Shown piece after piece: positions 23,193 to 33,175 of a DNA stretch of 64,000 nt. Below the pieces are notes generated by a model, which was not told the DNA's origin, made no database searches, and saw only the letters and a list, made by a program, of their open reading frames with translations. A program made the position numbers and the translations under genes. Positions within the stretch are counted from its first letter, which is position 1, and each line of letters begins with the position of its first letter. The DNA is from Corallochytrium limacisporum Hawaii (lineage: Eukaryota > Protista > Pluriformea): positions 1 through 64,000 of the forward strand of contig PDIP01000037.1 of the NCBI GenBank assembly GCA_002811645.1, given 5' to 3'.

Positions 23193-26100
23193 CTAGCCAA
23201 TAACATGTACCCCACTCTCCCCCCGCAGCAGGACAGCGCACGCCGCGGAGACGGGGTGTGTGCTTAGGTTCAAGGCGGGATGATCCATCTTCTCCGCGAG
23301 CAGGCGGTCAAGTTCCCGCTTAAGTCCAGCCACCAAAGTCGCAATGCGACCTGTGGCACCGAAGCGGATCCACCCGTCAAGCACAATTTGGTTGCGCTCG
23401 TGCAGTGGTTCCACACGGCGGGTAAAGAGCAACAGAGCGTACGGATGGAGTACCGTCGAATCCCGCAAGTAGACCTTCGAAGTACTGATCTTTTCATTGA
23501 AGGTTAGGTAGGGGCACTTCGCGTAGTTGTTCTCCTTAAAGTTGACACTGCCTGGGTGCACAAAGACGCGTTCCCGGCTGCGCGTGTAGAACTTCATGGC
23601 AGAGGCTTCGTGCTCCTTCAGTACCGCTCCCTGCGCGGACTGGATGTATTGCTTCTCGGGCATCTTGACGTAAGCGATATTCGGGTACAGACCGGCCATC
23701 ATGGCTGCTTTGATGACACTATGGCTGTCCGCATTGATGTTGTAGGCCTCAATGGCGGCCAGCTGGTCATCGGCGCGGTTCCTTCCGTACGCGGCTGTCG
23801 GAACGAACCCTTTGTCTGCGAGAATATTGAGATACTGCTGCCGGGAGTCCTGGATGTTCAGCATGGATTGCATCGATAGGAAGTTCTCCTCTAGGTAGTG
23901 CCGTTCTTCCTTGCGAGAAGCCTTTTCGGCGCGTAGCTTGCGCCAACCCGCAAATGCATTGTGGCAGGCAATGAGATCGCTGGCTGAGCCATCGACGAAG
24001 CTCTGTTTGGCAGCCTGGGCCTCTGCGCGCTTATCGGAAGGACTAACGAACGGACTACGGCTCGAAACACAGGCCGCAATGGTCAGGATCGGGTCAAGGC
24101 ATTGCAGGATGGTGCCGTAGAGCATCATCTTGGCAATTCGCGTGTCTACCGGCAGTTCCGCCATGTGGCGGCCAAGAGCGGTCATAGTCAGATCGTCACC
24201 GCCGCCGTGCTTCTCTACTAAGGCCCCGATCTCGAGCAAGTCGCCAATGGCTTCGTCGATTGCTTCGGTGGAAGGCGGCGTGAGGCACCGCAGGAGCAGG
24301 GCGTCAGGGCGTGAGTAGCCCATGGCTGCGACCATGAGGCAGAGCTGCTCGAGGGAGGTGCGCTGAATCTCAGGCATGGAAAAGTCACGCATCTGACGAT
24401 GGTGGAAGTTACGATTAAACAAACGGATGGCATGTCCCGGGCGAACACGACCCGCACGACCCTTCCGCTGATTCGCAGAGGCCTTGGAAATCCAGACCTC
24501 TTCCAGTAGGGTCATGCCACGCTTCGGGTCGTACTGAATCTCCTTCTCCCGGCCGGCATCAATAACGTAGACCGCGTCGTCTACTGTTACGGAAGTCTCA
24601 GCAATATTTGTGGTCAGCACTACCTTGCGCTTGCCTTTCGGCGGTCTCGCAAATACCAGGCGTTGCTCCTTCGCTGGTAACGAAGAGTGCAAGGACAGAA
24701 TCAGTAAGTTGTGTTTCGAGGCCACGCCAGTACTTTTCAGCATTTGCGCAGCCTGTTGAATCTCGGACAGACCGGGCAAAAACACAAGGATTGCACCAGT
24801 CAGCTTCTCGTCTTCCTTGCGATCTTTGGGCACCAGCGCCTCGCAGATGTGCGTTACCGCAGCACTGATGGCTTCGTAGGGTATGTCCGGCAACCGTTGG
24901 CGTTGGACGGTGCGCGCTGGATCCAGGCTCTTGGACTGGCCACTTCCGCCATGCCTGCGAGAGGACTGGTCGACCTGCGCTTCCCAGTCAAGGTCCTCGC
25001 TCTCATCGCTGGAGGAGTTGACCTCCGCGTGCAGGGTAGTATTGGAATCCAGAGCATCTGCCTTGCTGTTGTTGTTCTTGCCACCTCTCTTGTTGTCTTC
25101 CCTATCTCTAACTGGCTTTTCCTGCTTGTTCGGTCCATCACGTTTGATGCGGTTGCCCATGGCATCAAACTGTGACACAAGCCGCTCGACAGCATCTTGG
25201 TCATCGTCGTCCTCGGCCATCGACTGATCGCGCAGACCCATCATCTGTGGCGTGAATACGTTGGGCAATTCGTCCCAGTGCGTCACCGTGACCGGGAAAG
25301 TGCGACCTGGAATCGACAGCACCTTCGGCTGAAATGCCTTAAAATATGACGCAAAAAGCTGAGCGTCAATGTCCGCCGACATGAGCACGACTTTGACGTG
25401 CGGGTTGTGAGGTAGTGCTTCGCGGAGCAAGGCCAGCAGCACATCGCTGTTGACGCTGCGTTCGTGGACTTCATCCACGACGATGTGACTGACACCGCTG
25501 AAGGCGCGCTTTATGCGCTTCTGAATCATCTTATCGCCGCTATCCACTGCACTTATCTCCACATTGGCACCACCGACCATCTGCCGGAGCAGAACACCTG
25601 TCGTGCAGTAAAGTACGCGGGTTTTCGCGCTACGCTTGGTATCCAACTTGACGGAGTAACCAATGGTGTCTCCAATCTTTTCGTTCTGCTCCCATGCCAC
25701 ACGTTCGGCAATGGACATCGCTGCGATACGACGTGGCTGAGTGCAGAGTACCCGACACTTTGCCCCGGCGCCGGCTTCCATCATGTCCTCAAGAATCAGC
25801 TGTGGTACCTGTGTGGTCTTACCGCAACCGGTCGCACCGCTGATGATGGTCACCCTGGTGGAGCGTACTGTGGAAATCACCTCCTCCCTTTGCTTTACAC
25901 TCGGCAAAGCCTTCCGCATTAGTAAGCGCTCACTGTAGGTGGCGTCCGTAGCCAATTTACTCAGGTAGTCCACTACAGCATCATCACCAGATTTGCCGGA
26001 CAACATGGCAGCCTGATCGTTGCTGCGAGCAGTCTTCCTCTTATTCTTGGCTTCCCCGGCTCGATCTTTCAGTTTTTCCACATCCAAGGATTCGCTTGTC

Positions 26101-27911
26101 ACCGCACTCTGGTTTAGGTGTAGGGGACGGAAGTCTTTGATGGGCGGTGGCTTTTGCACGACCTCCTCCAGGATCCTTTGGCCCCGGTCAATGAGCTCTG
26201 ATCCAAAAATCATCTCCGTAGCGGTCAACTCCACAGCTGCTTCCACCAACTTTTCTGTGACATGCAGGCAGATGTAAGCAGGGAGAAGAGGGTGCGTCAC
26301 CGCAATCACTGGCGGTTCTTTCGGGTACTTGGAGCCGACGGGGAACCGCATTGTAATTGAGGCGTCACCACCCAGTACGTACAGCTCCATAAAGTTATCG
26401 GCCTCCGAAGATGACAGTAATCTTGTTCGCTTTTCCTCTTCTGTCTCGTCCACAGGCGTTTGCTGACCCTTCCCACCCTTACCTTTCTTTTGCTGCTGCT
26501 GCTGCTGTTGTTGCTTTCGTTCCACTTTCTTCTTGACCTCATCCGGAGGACTAATGCGGAATTCCCATTCTCTTGCCCCTGCCGCCGTCTTCTTCTTGGC
26601 AGAGAACTGTATGGGAGCACATACAAACATGTGGCCCATGAGCTCCTCCTCTTCGGCAATCTCATCCATATGGTCCTCGTCGGATGTGCCGGTAAAGGAG
26701 GCGATCAATGTCTCCGCGGCCTCACGATCCTGTCCCAGAAGTACTTCTGTCTTGGATGGGTGCAGAAGACACCACTGTAGCAACCGACGTGCCCGGTCTT
26801 CCATGCTGTCCGACAAATCCATCGCTTTGCTGACTACGTCAGTAGGGTATCCCTGTGCCTGCAGACGGGCAAGCGTTTTCGCACGCGCAATTCCACCCTC
26901 TGCGTCCCACGTATGGATCTGTAGGGTTCCCTTGGGTCGGTAACTGAAGGGCAGGTCTGCCTCTGCCACATGGATACACAGCCAGTTCAGTATCTCGGTA
27001 ACATCGAGGCCACAGACATCCATGGCTTCATGTACATGTACCGCGAGAAAGCCTTCTCTGCGCACGTACTTGTACACGCTGTCCTTATCACCTCCAGGCC
27101 CCAAAGCTTGCCCGGATCCTCCTCCATCCACAGAGGTGCCTGGTGATGTCCTTCCACCGTTCCGCTCGCTAGCCTTGCTCTCCTCCACGGCCTGCGCAGA
27201 GTTGCGCAGAGCAATCTGCCTGAGGATGCTCTCAACCTTGCTCCGTGTCTGTTCACTCATGTAAATGTTGGGTAAAGGCCGCTTGAGCTCACGTTCGCGA
27301 CGCTTCCTCTGCTTCTCCAGTCGCAGCTCCTCTTTCGCATCCGGTTCCGGCTCTGCAAAGGGGTCATCAGCAGTTTTCTTATCCCTCAGAGATGGATTCT
27401 TCTGGCGCTCAGCCTCTAGCTCTTTCCAGTAGTCCCGAAACGCATGCGGCAGCAACATGATACGATTTGTGTGCCATGCAACCTTGTGCAAGGCGTAGAC
27501 CGAGGCCCAGTGCTTCGCATTCTGTACCGTGTCCGCTTCCTTTTTGGGCTTCAGATCCACCGTGAGGTGACCCCGCTTCGGATCACGTTTCCCCAGACGG
27601 ATCACACAAACGTGATTCTGTCCGTTGTTCCGTTCGAAGACCATGAATCCTGGTTTATCCCAGCCGTTCTGGCGCTGACAATACTCGTAGAGCTGTGCTG
27701 TAGGCGTTTTGCCGGTCCAGTTTTTCAGCAGTGGATTGTCCTTGCGGTCCGGGCGCTGGCCAGTCGGGTGTGGCTGCGATCCTTTGCCACCCTTGCCACC
27801 CTTACCTCCTGGCGGGTCGCTGGTGGATGCTTTTCCTTTGTCCTTGCCTTTGTCCTTACCTTTATCGCCGGGCCCTGCACCAGCGGTGCTGCTGCCTTTG
27901 TTCTTGCCCAT
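23193..27911 (-). CDS. DHX57: DEAH-box RNA helicase, DHX57/DHX29/YLR419W family
   Basis: N-terminal WTGKTP..QLYEYCQ dsRBD-like domain, UBA and RWD regions, GATGCGKTTQ, DEVHER, TNIAETSVT, QRKGRAGR, HA2 and OB-fold. Confidence 0.88.
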   Translation of the reverse strand: MGKNKGSSTAGAGPGDKGKDKGKDKGKASTSDPPGGKGGKGGKGSQPHPTGQRPDRKDNPLLKNWTGKTPTAQLYEYCQRQNGWDKPGFMVFERNNGQNHVCVIRLGKRDPKRGHLTVDLKPKKEADTVQNAKHWASVYALHKVAWHTNRIMLLPHAFRDYWKELEAERQKNPSLRDKKTADDPFAEPEPDAKEELRLEKQRKRRERELKRPLPNIYMSEQTRSKVESILRQIALRNSAQAVEESKASERNGGRTSPGTSVDGGGSGQALGPGGDKDSVYKYVRREGFLAVHVHEAMDVCGLDVTEILNWLCIHVAEADLPFSYRPKGTLQIHTWDAEGGIARAKTLARLQAQGYPTDVVSKAMDLSDSMEDRARRLLQWCLLHPSKTEVLLGQDREAAETLIASFTGTSDEDHMDEIAEEEELMGHMFVCAPIQFSAKKKTAAGAREWEFRISPPDEVKKKVERKQQQQQQQQKKGKGGKGQQTPVDETEEEKRTRLLSSSEADNFMELYVLGGDASITMRFPVGSKYPKEPPVIAVTHPLLPAYICLHVTEKLVEAAVELTATEMIFGSELIDRGQRILEEVVQKPPPIKDFRPLHLNQSAVTSESLDVEKLKDRAGEAKNKRKTARSNDQAAMLSGKSGDDAVVDYLSKLATDATYSERLLMRKALPSVKQREEVISTVRSTRVTIISGATGCGKTTQVPQLILEDMMEAGAGAKCRVLCTQPRRIAAMSIAERVAWEQNEKIGDTIGYSVKLDTKRSAKTRVLYCTTGVLLRQMVGGANVEISAVDSGDKMIQKRIKRAFSGVSHIVVDEVHERSVNSDVLLALLREALPHNPHVKVVLMSADIDAQLFASYFKAFQPKVLSIPGRTFPVTVTHWDELPNVFTPQMMGLRDQSMAEDDDDQDAVERLVSQFDAMGNRIKRDGPNKQEKPVRDREDNKRGGKNNNSKADALDSNTTLHAEVNSSSDESEDLDWEAQVDQSSRRHGGSGQSKSLDPARTVQRQRLPDIPYEAISAAVTHICEALVPKDRKEDEKLTGAILVFLPGLSEIQQAAQMLKSTGVASKHNLLILSLHSSLPAKEQRLVFARPPKGKRKVVLTTNIAETSVTVDDAVYVIDAGREKEIQYDPKRGMTLLEEVWISKASANQRKGRAGRVRPGHAIRLFNRNFHHRQMRDFSMPEIQRTSLEQLCLMVAAMGYSRPDALLLRCLTPPSTEAIDEAIGDLLEIGALVEKHGGGDDLTMTALGRHMAELPVDTRIAKMMLYGTILQCLDPILTIAACVSSRSPFVSPSDKRAEAQAAKQSFVDGSASDLIACHNAFAGWRKLRAEKASRKEERHYLEENFLSMQSMLNIQDSRQQYLNILADKGFVPTAAYGRNRADDQLAAIEAYNINADSHSVIKAAMMAGLYPNIAYVKMPEKQYIQSAQGAVLKEHEASAMKFYTRSRERVFVHPGSVNFKENNYAKCPYLTFNEKISTSKVYLRDSTVLHPYALLLFTRRVEPLHERNQIVLDGWIRFGATGRIATLVAGLKRELDRLLAEKMDHPALNLSTHPVSAACAVLLRGESGVHVIG

Positions 27912-27926
27912 GCTGTCACCACAAGG

Positions 27927-28514
27927 TTATTCCGTACCGCAGTGCCTCCGGAGCAAATCACAAAATTTAGAAATCTTGTCCGCTCGTGGTCCAGCCAACA
28001 ATTGATGCAGACGACTCACTCTCTGGTCGCCCGATATGTTTGGCTCTCCCGTGTCAGCCTCTGCCGCAGACTCCAAGAGTACAATGGCTTCCTGCACCTC
28101 ACGGTCCTTTAAGATCTCCCGGATCTCGGTGTTCCCTTTCAGTGCCACAAGGACTTCTGGCTTGACGCGGGGCAGAATCTCGTCCCCGTCACACAGCTGT
28201 CCGGGTGAGTCTGGCACGTCTATTAATCTGAGGTCGGCCCTCTGCTCCTTGGCCTTTTCCTGGTCGGAGGGCTGCTGGTTCGCCGCGTGCTCAGATTCCT
28301 TGTGCTTTTTGAAGCAAGGCACACTGCAATACCGCACCTTCTTCTCCTTGCACTGTGGACAACGATAGGGGGCTTGTTCTTTTCCACAGACCACACACCC
28401 TTGCTCGGCGTTTGCTGCTTTCAGGGCCGGATCTCCTGATTTGGCCCGCTTCTGCGCCGAGGGATCAGTGTTTGAGGCAGACCGCTTGCGCGAATGCCGA
28501 TACCTGTTACCCAT
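27927..28514 (-). CDS. ZNHIT3: Zinc-finger HIT protein 3 (ZNHIT3/Hit1, C/D snoRNP assembly)
   Basis: zf-HIT CVVC...YRCPQC...YCSVPCFKKHKE plus Pac-Hit-like C-terminus (LVALKGNTEIREILKD...SKFCDLL). Confidence 0.85.
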   Translation of the reverse strand: MGNRYRHSRKRSASNTDPSAQKRAKSGDPALKAANAEQGCVVCGKEQAPYRCPQCKEKKVRYCSVPCFKKHKESEHAANQQPSDQEKAKEQRADLRLIDVPDSPGQLCDGDEILPRVKPEVLVALKGNTEIREILKDREVQEAIVLLESAAEADTGEPNISGDQRVSRLHQLLAGPRADKISKFCDLLRRHCGTE

Positions 28515-28533
28515 GGACCACGACCATTACCAT
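28507..28533 (-). promoter_or_regulatory. uORF MVMVVVHG* overlapping the ZNHIT3 start codon out of frame
   Basis: ATG GTA ATG GTC GTG GTC CAT GGG TAA; the ZNHIT3 ATG lies inside C-ATG-G. Confidence 0.6.
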
Positions 28534-28689
28534 CAAATATATTTAGTATCACAAACAAAAGTTCAGGTTTCTTGCTTTTAAAAGATTGTCAAAGATTTGA
28601 GAACTCGTTCTCTGGTCTGTCCGGGAATGGCCGCACAAGTATCAGTTCCCAGGCGCAGCCCCTGCAGTTCTGCGCGTGCCCAGCGGAAA

Positions 28690-28830
28690 TACCACCCACC
28701 CACACACACACACACCCCAACCTCCCGGGGACACCTGCTGATGGCACCCACCCTGCACACCGCCCGCTCCCCTCCTCCCCCTTCCCCCCTCCCTCGCGGG
28801 GGCCGGCGGGGCCGGGGGAGGGGGAGTGGG
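28690..28830 (-). promoter_or_regulatory. Promoter core upstream of the ZNHIT3-DHX57 pair
   Basis: (CA)7, CCCGGGG, C-runs then G-runs. Confidence 0.55.
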
Positions 28831-28990
28831 TTTGTTCTACACCCCCAGCGCGGATCCAGGGTCAGCGACCGCAACTGAATGCAGCATTCAACAAGGAAGA
28901 GTGGGCTGGAAAACACATCCAATTGATACTCCCATATGATCCGTAGTTTCAACACATTATAACTGTACAGTTTCGATACTTGGTTTCTTT

Positions 28991-31900
28991 TTATTCCTTC
29001 TTGGTGGTGGTCGCTGTTGTTGCCGTGCCATTCGGTAAAGACTTTGAGTTCGTGGAACTTCTGTCACCATTCTGGCCCGAGTTCGCGCCCTGAGCAAGAC
29101 TCTCCTTTGCGCGGGCGATCTCGTGTTGGACAAGGAGTTTCCTACTCTTGAACACACGTGGGGCAAAGCCAGAGGACTCCAGAGTGACAGTGTCCTTATC
29201 TCCGGCGTCAGCAATGCCGTTCATTGCATCCTCCGCGTTGGTATGCTCCACGGGCTCACCAGCTCCCTCGTCATCGCTGCGTGCTGTGGACGAACGGCGG
29301 CGGCGTCCCGGGCTCCGTGGGGTGTTCGGAGACACAGGAGTCGTGGCACCGTTCGAAACGTGGCCACTGTTTGCAACACCAGCGCCACCGTCCGTCGATG
29401 CTCCAGTCTCGGAGGCTGCACGGCTGCGGCCAGGAGACGGTGCAGCAATGGCCTGCACAAATTGCTGGTGGCGCTTCTTCTCGGCTGTTTCGAGTTTCAA
29501 ATGCCTCTGCAGGTACGCTTCGTCGGACATTTCCTCGTCTGAGACGGACGTGGGTACTTGCCGCTCCTTGTTGGCATCAGCATCCGCACTTGCTCCGCCC
29601 TTTTCCGTCGCGGGAGGTTCGTGCTTGCTATCCTCCTCCTCGGTGTGTCCCTGTGCAGAATGGCGCATCGAGCGGCGCGGCGTGACGCCGGTGGACGAAG
29701 CCTTCTTCTCTTCAGGCTTCTTCTCGTCGACCTTCTTCTCCTCAGCTTTCTTCTCTTCAGGTCCCTTCTCCTCAGTCTTCTCTGCAGCGTTTACCGCGGC
29801 TGCATCTGCAGCTGTTGCCGGGACGGTCACTGCGGCCTTGGAAGGATTCACCTCCCGCCAGTGAGGTGTCTCAATGTCCTTGTAGTCGATTTTGTCGATG
29901 CGATTCGCTGCAATACCCGACACCTGCGAAGGCAGAATGATGTTGTCCATTTCGTACGCTGTGGAACGCCTTCGCTTCTTCTCCTCGCTCTTATGACTCG
30001 CCGTTTCACCAGGGGTAGTTGCACCTGGTGTGGTTGGAGCACTGCGCTGGTCCTTCTGAGAGCCAGACTCGGAGTCGGCACGCTTCCGGCCTGGCGATCC
30101 CGGGACATTGGCCCCTCCAGTGTGGTCGCCGGTGGCCTTGCGCTTGCCCGTCAGGGTAACCGTGGCCATCTTCTTAACGCTGGCCTTTTTCTTGCCCGAA
30201 GCGGCCGCATCGGCCGCTCCCTTCGCTGCAGCTGCCCTTCTGCTCTTGTCTGCCATAGCTTTAACCTGGTCTGCTGTCCATTTTCGGGCGGCCCCATGTG
30301 CGGAGCGCAGACCGGAACTGCTTCTCTGCACTCGGGGTGCGTACCGGACACAGTAATTTGGAAGATCCAGAGGCATGGAAAAGATGGGATGGTAGTGGTC
30401 ATCGATTTGCGCTGCCTTCTCGTTCAAGTGGGCAGCTTCCGTCAGCTGAGGCTCAAACTGCATGGCAATCAAGCGACGGTGCCGGTACGTCTTCCGACTG
30501 CCGCGCTTGCGGAAGCGCCATAGGAGAGTGCGCGCACTGACGTCTCCCTTCTGCAAATCACTTTCGGCTTCAAAGGTGCGATCCACCCGCTCCAAAGTTT
30601 GGAAGTTGGCCTTTTCCATCCGAATCTCCCGGTACTTTGTATCATAGTGCGCTATGCGCTTGTCCAGGTGCTGGATGCTACGTTCGAGCCAGGTCCACCG
30701 CCACGCAAGCTGCCGCCTTGAGTAGTTCCACTGACGGCGATGCGACAGAGGAATGCTTTGCTTCATCCGCTGCTCCGCTTCGATATTCTCTGCTTCACTT
30801 TCCGGGTCGCTCACATCAGTGGCTTCTTCGTCAATATCCCGAATGAGCTCGTGTTGCCATTTCTGCATGCGCTTGGTCAGTTTGCGGGCCGGGTCCGGCA
30901 AAATTTTTACACCGTCGGGAGTAAACAAATTCGGATACCTTGTGCCCGGCACTGGGGCCGGCAATTCTGCACGATGGGCATGAACGTACCGCATCATTTG
31001 CGTGCACAGGTGGGCATGCAGGTACTCATACTGATGCCGCCGTAACTGCTTCTTGATATGGTGGAGTCGCTGTTCAAGCCGCGCAGCATTCTGCAGGATG
31101 GTGTCAAGTTCCATCTCCTCGGGGGTTAGTTTTTGCATGGTGCTTGGCACGGTACCTCCCATGATGGGCGACATGCTTCCCACATCTCCAAATCCTGCCA
31201 TGGCTGCCTCAAAATCATCCGCACCGATATCCGGAATATCCAGCCCTTCCATGTTAACGTCACCGAGCCCGAAATCCATGTCCAGGTTGAGATCAGTACT
31301 CAACATGTCATCCTTCCGCACCGGAGCCGCCCCAGCAGTCGCGTCCCCGAACCCAGCCATAATGTCTCCAGTCACACTCATGAGTCCGGATGATCGTCCC
31401 AGTTGCTGCAGGTCCAGCTTCGTTAAATCATCCGTGCTGATTGAGATCCGCCCCGGGCTATCCAATACAATTCCAGTGCTTGACCCCTGGTTCGACGCAC
31501 TCGCGGAGGTTTCACCAAAGCTAGGAATCTTGAATTCGTCCGCTGCCGTTGGCTTCTTGGCCACACTTGGGACGGTCTGGGCGGCGTCTGCCTTCGGTGC
31601 GGTGACATCTGTAGCAGAACGCATCGATGATGGCATTGATGACATTGTCTTCCGCCGCAGCGGTGACGGAGGTGGTGCCCCGTCCTTGCCCACCGTCGAT
31701 GACGTCGATGACGTAGATGGCCCGCGAGCCGATGGCCCTGCTCCCAGCGCAGGGGTCGCTCCCGTCTGAGTCGGAGACCGCAAAGGGCTCGTCTTGCTGA
31801 AGGATGTGTTGAGAAGACTGTCAAAGTCCACGGTATTACTGCCCAGCAGTCCTTGGATACTTCCTAGGTCGGGAATTTCTTCCCCCAGTCCCAATGGATT

Positions 31901-32278
31901 GGTTGACGGCGAGCCCTTGCCGGAGTCATCTCCGATAATGCTTCCGATCAATGCACTGGTGTCACTGTTCACGTCTTCGTTTAAAATTTTTGATATACTT
32001 GCGTCGAGGGCCGACACTTCCGCACCAATTGACGGTTCTGTTTCCTTACCCTTCCCAGCGTTCGCCTTGGACGAAAGTGGTATTCCCGGAGGGACAGATA
32101 CGGAAGATTTCCTTGCCGTTCCAGCACTTGGTTCGACATCTTTCTGTTCTTTAGTACTCGTATTCTGTCCCGTCTGACTTAGATTTTGTGATCCTTCCCC
32201 AGTACTTGCTGTGGGTACGGCTGTGTTCTGCTTTCCAGGATCCTTCACCGACCCGTCGTCGGCGTCGTCGCCCACCAT
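28991..32278 (-). CDS. KANSL1: KANSL1/NSL1-like PEHE-domain protein
   Basis: DEEATDVSD, RWTWLERSIQHLDKRI coiled coil, WIN-like VSART, YHPIFS, and PEHE motifs YEMDNIILP..YKDIETPHWR..SDEAYLQRH. First ATG at 32278. Confidence 0.82.
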   Translation of the reverse strand: MVGDDADDGSVKDPGKQNTAVPTASTGEGSQNLSQTGQNTSTKEQKDVEPSAGTARKSSVSVPPGIPLSSKANAGKGKETEPSIGAEVSALDASISKILNEDVNSDTSALIGSIIGDDSGKGSPSTNPLGLGEEIPDLGSIQGLLGSNTVDFDSLLNTSFSKTSPLRSPTQTGATPALGAGPSARGPSTSSTSSTVGKDGAPPPSPLRRKTMSSMPSSMRSATDVTAPKADAAQTVPSVAKKPTAADEFKIPSFGETSASASNQGSSTGIVLDSPGRISISTDDLTKLDLQQLGRSSGLMSVTGDIMAGFGDATAGAAPVRKDDMLSTDLNLDMDFGLGDVNMEGLDIPDIGADDFEAAMAGFGDVGSMSPIMGGTVPSTMQKLTPEEMELDTILQNAARLEQRLHHIKKQLRRHQYEYLHAHLCTQMMRYVHAHRAELPAPVPGTRYPNLFTPDGVKILPDPARKLTKRMQKWQHELIRDIDEEATDVSDPESEAENIEAEQRMKQSIPLSHRRQWNYSRRQLAWRWTWLERSIQHLDKRIAHYDTKYREIRMEKANFQTLERVDRTFEAESDLQKGDVSARTLLWRFRKRGSRKTYRHRRLIAMQFEPQLTEAAHLNEKAAQIDDHYHPIFSMPLDLPNYCVRYAPRVQRSSSGLRSAHGAARKWTADQVKAMADKSRRAAAAKGAADAAASGKKKASVKKMATVTLTGKRKATGDHTGGANVPGSPGRKRADSESGSQKDQRSAPTTPGATTPGETASHKSEEKKRRRSTAYEMDNIILPSQVSGIAANRIDKIDYKDIETPHWREVNPSKAAVTVPATAADAAAVNAAEKTEEKGPEEKKAEEKKVDEKKPEEKKASSTGVTPRRSMRHSAQGHTEEEDSKHEPPATEKGGASADADANKERQVPTSVSDEEMSDEAYLQRHLKLETAEKKRHQQFVQAIAAPSPGRSRAASETGASTDGGAGVANSGHVSNGATTPVSPNTPRSPGRRRRSSTARSDDEGAGEPVEHTNAEDAMNGIADAGDKDTVTLESSGFAPRVFKSRKLLVQHEIARAKESLAQGANSGQNGDRSSTNSKSLPNGTATTATTTKKE

Positions 32279-32849
32279 TTGTGTTTCTTTATGATACCTG
32301 GCCGGCACTTTCTCCAAAATGCTTCAATTCAGGTTGGCATTATTAAGAGTCTGCAAATCCGTAAATGATAAATTTCGCCCTAACCCTAGGAAGCGAGAGA
32401 CGCGCTCACCCTAAAGTTTCCCGCTGTCTTTGTAATGTGCCACTACACTTTCACTGACTCACAGTCCGCACCATGACGCCAACTTTCAATTTTTGCTGGT
32501 CCCTTGTACACAGTCAAGAATCACTTGTACAGATGTACCCGGCGTTTCTCTCCAAAGCCGTCTATTTGGCGCGCAAATGATTCAACCTTGTGCACGTGCA
32601 TGTCGTCTATGGGGCTGCCGAACAGGTGACGAATCTCACATCCGTTTCCCAGAAATACCACTTAACAAAGAAACTCATTCAGCTCCCGTTATTTTTTATT
32701 TTGAGCCCACCCGGGACCAAACAATAACACCGTCCTGAATCGCAAGTGATTGAGCGCCACCACAAGACTCATTGTCAACCGGAAACAAAAGGTTTGGCGT
32801 CGACACACTTGGCATGGCACCCGCCCTCAGGGCCTTGTGCGCTGCTCGC

Positions 32850-33175
32850 TCTTGTGTCACACACACACACACACACCCCACCGGGGAAATTGCAGGAACC
32901 CGGGACACTGAAAACCAAACCAATCTCAAAGACGAGCCACGCACCATCTCTCTCTCTCCCTCTTCCCCCCCCCGGGGGGGGGGGACCGGAGGGGAAAAAA
33001 GGGGGGGGGGGGGGGGGGAGGGGGAAAAGGGAGGGAATCCTCCTTTTCCTCTTTGTGTCCCTTCCCCCCCCTGCCCCACTTGCGCAAGAAAGAAAAATAA
33101 AAAAAAAAAAAAGAGGGGAGCCCCTTTAACCCACCTTACCCTTCTCTTCTTTTTGTTCTCTCAGTTCTTTTTGCT
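32850..33175. promoter_or_regulatory. Bidirectional promoter core (KANSL1 / DUSP) with extreme homopolymers
   Basis: (CA)n, a C-run abutting a G-run, G18, A14 and a pyrimidine tract. Confidence 0.6.

Noticed and set aside
27913-28530. Intron removing ZNHIT3 (ATG|GTAATG ... GACAG|C ATG) as an alternative to the bicistron
   Set aside because: Weak donor, no branch consensus, and the product leaves an out-of-frame ATG immediately before DHX57.
32378-32414. CCCTAACCCTA telomere-like seed (also GGGTTAGGG near 57084)
   Set aside because: Under two repeats and no telomerase-RNA structure seen; at most a Tbf1-like site.
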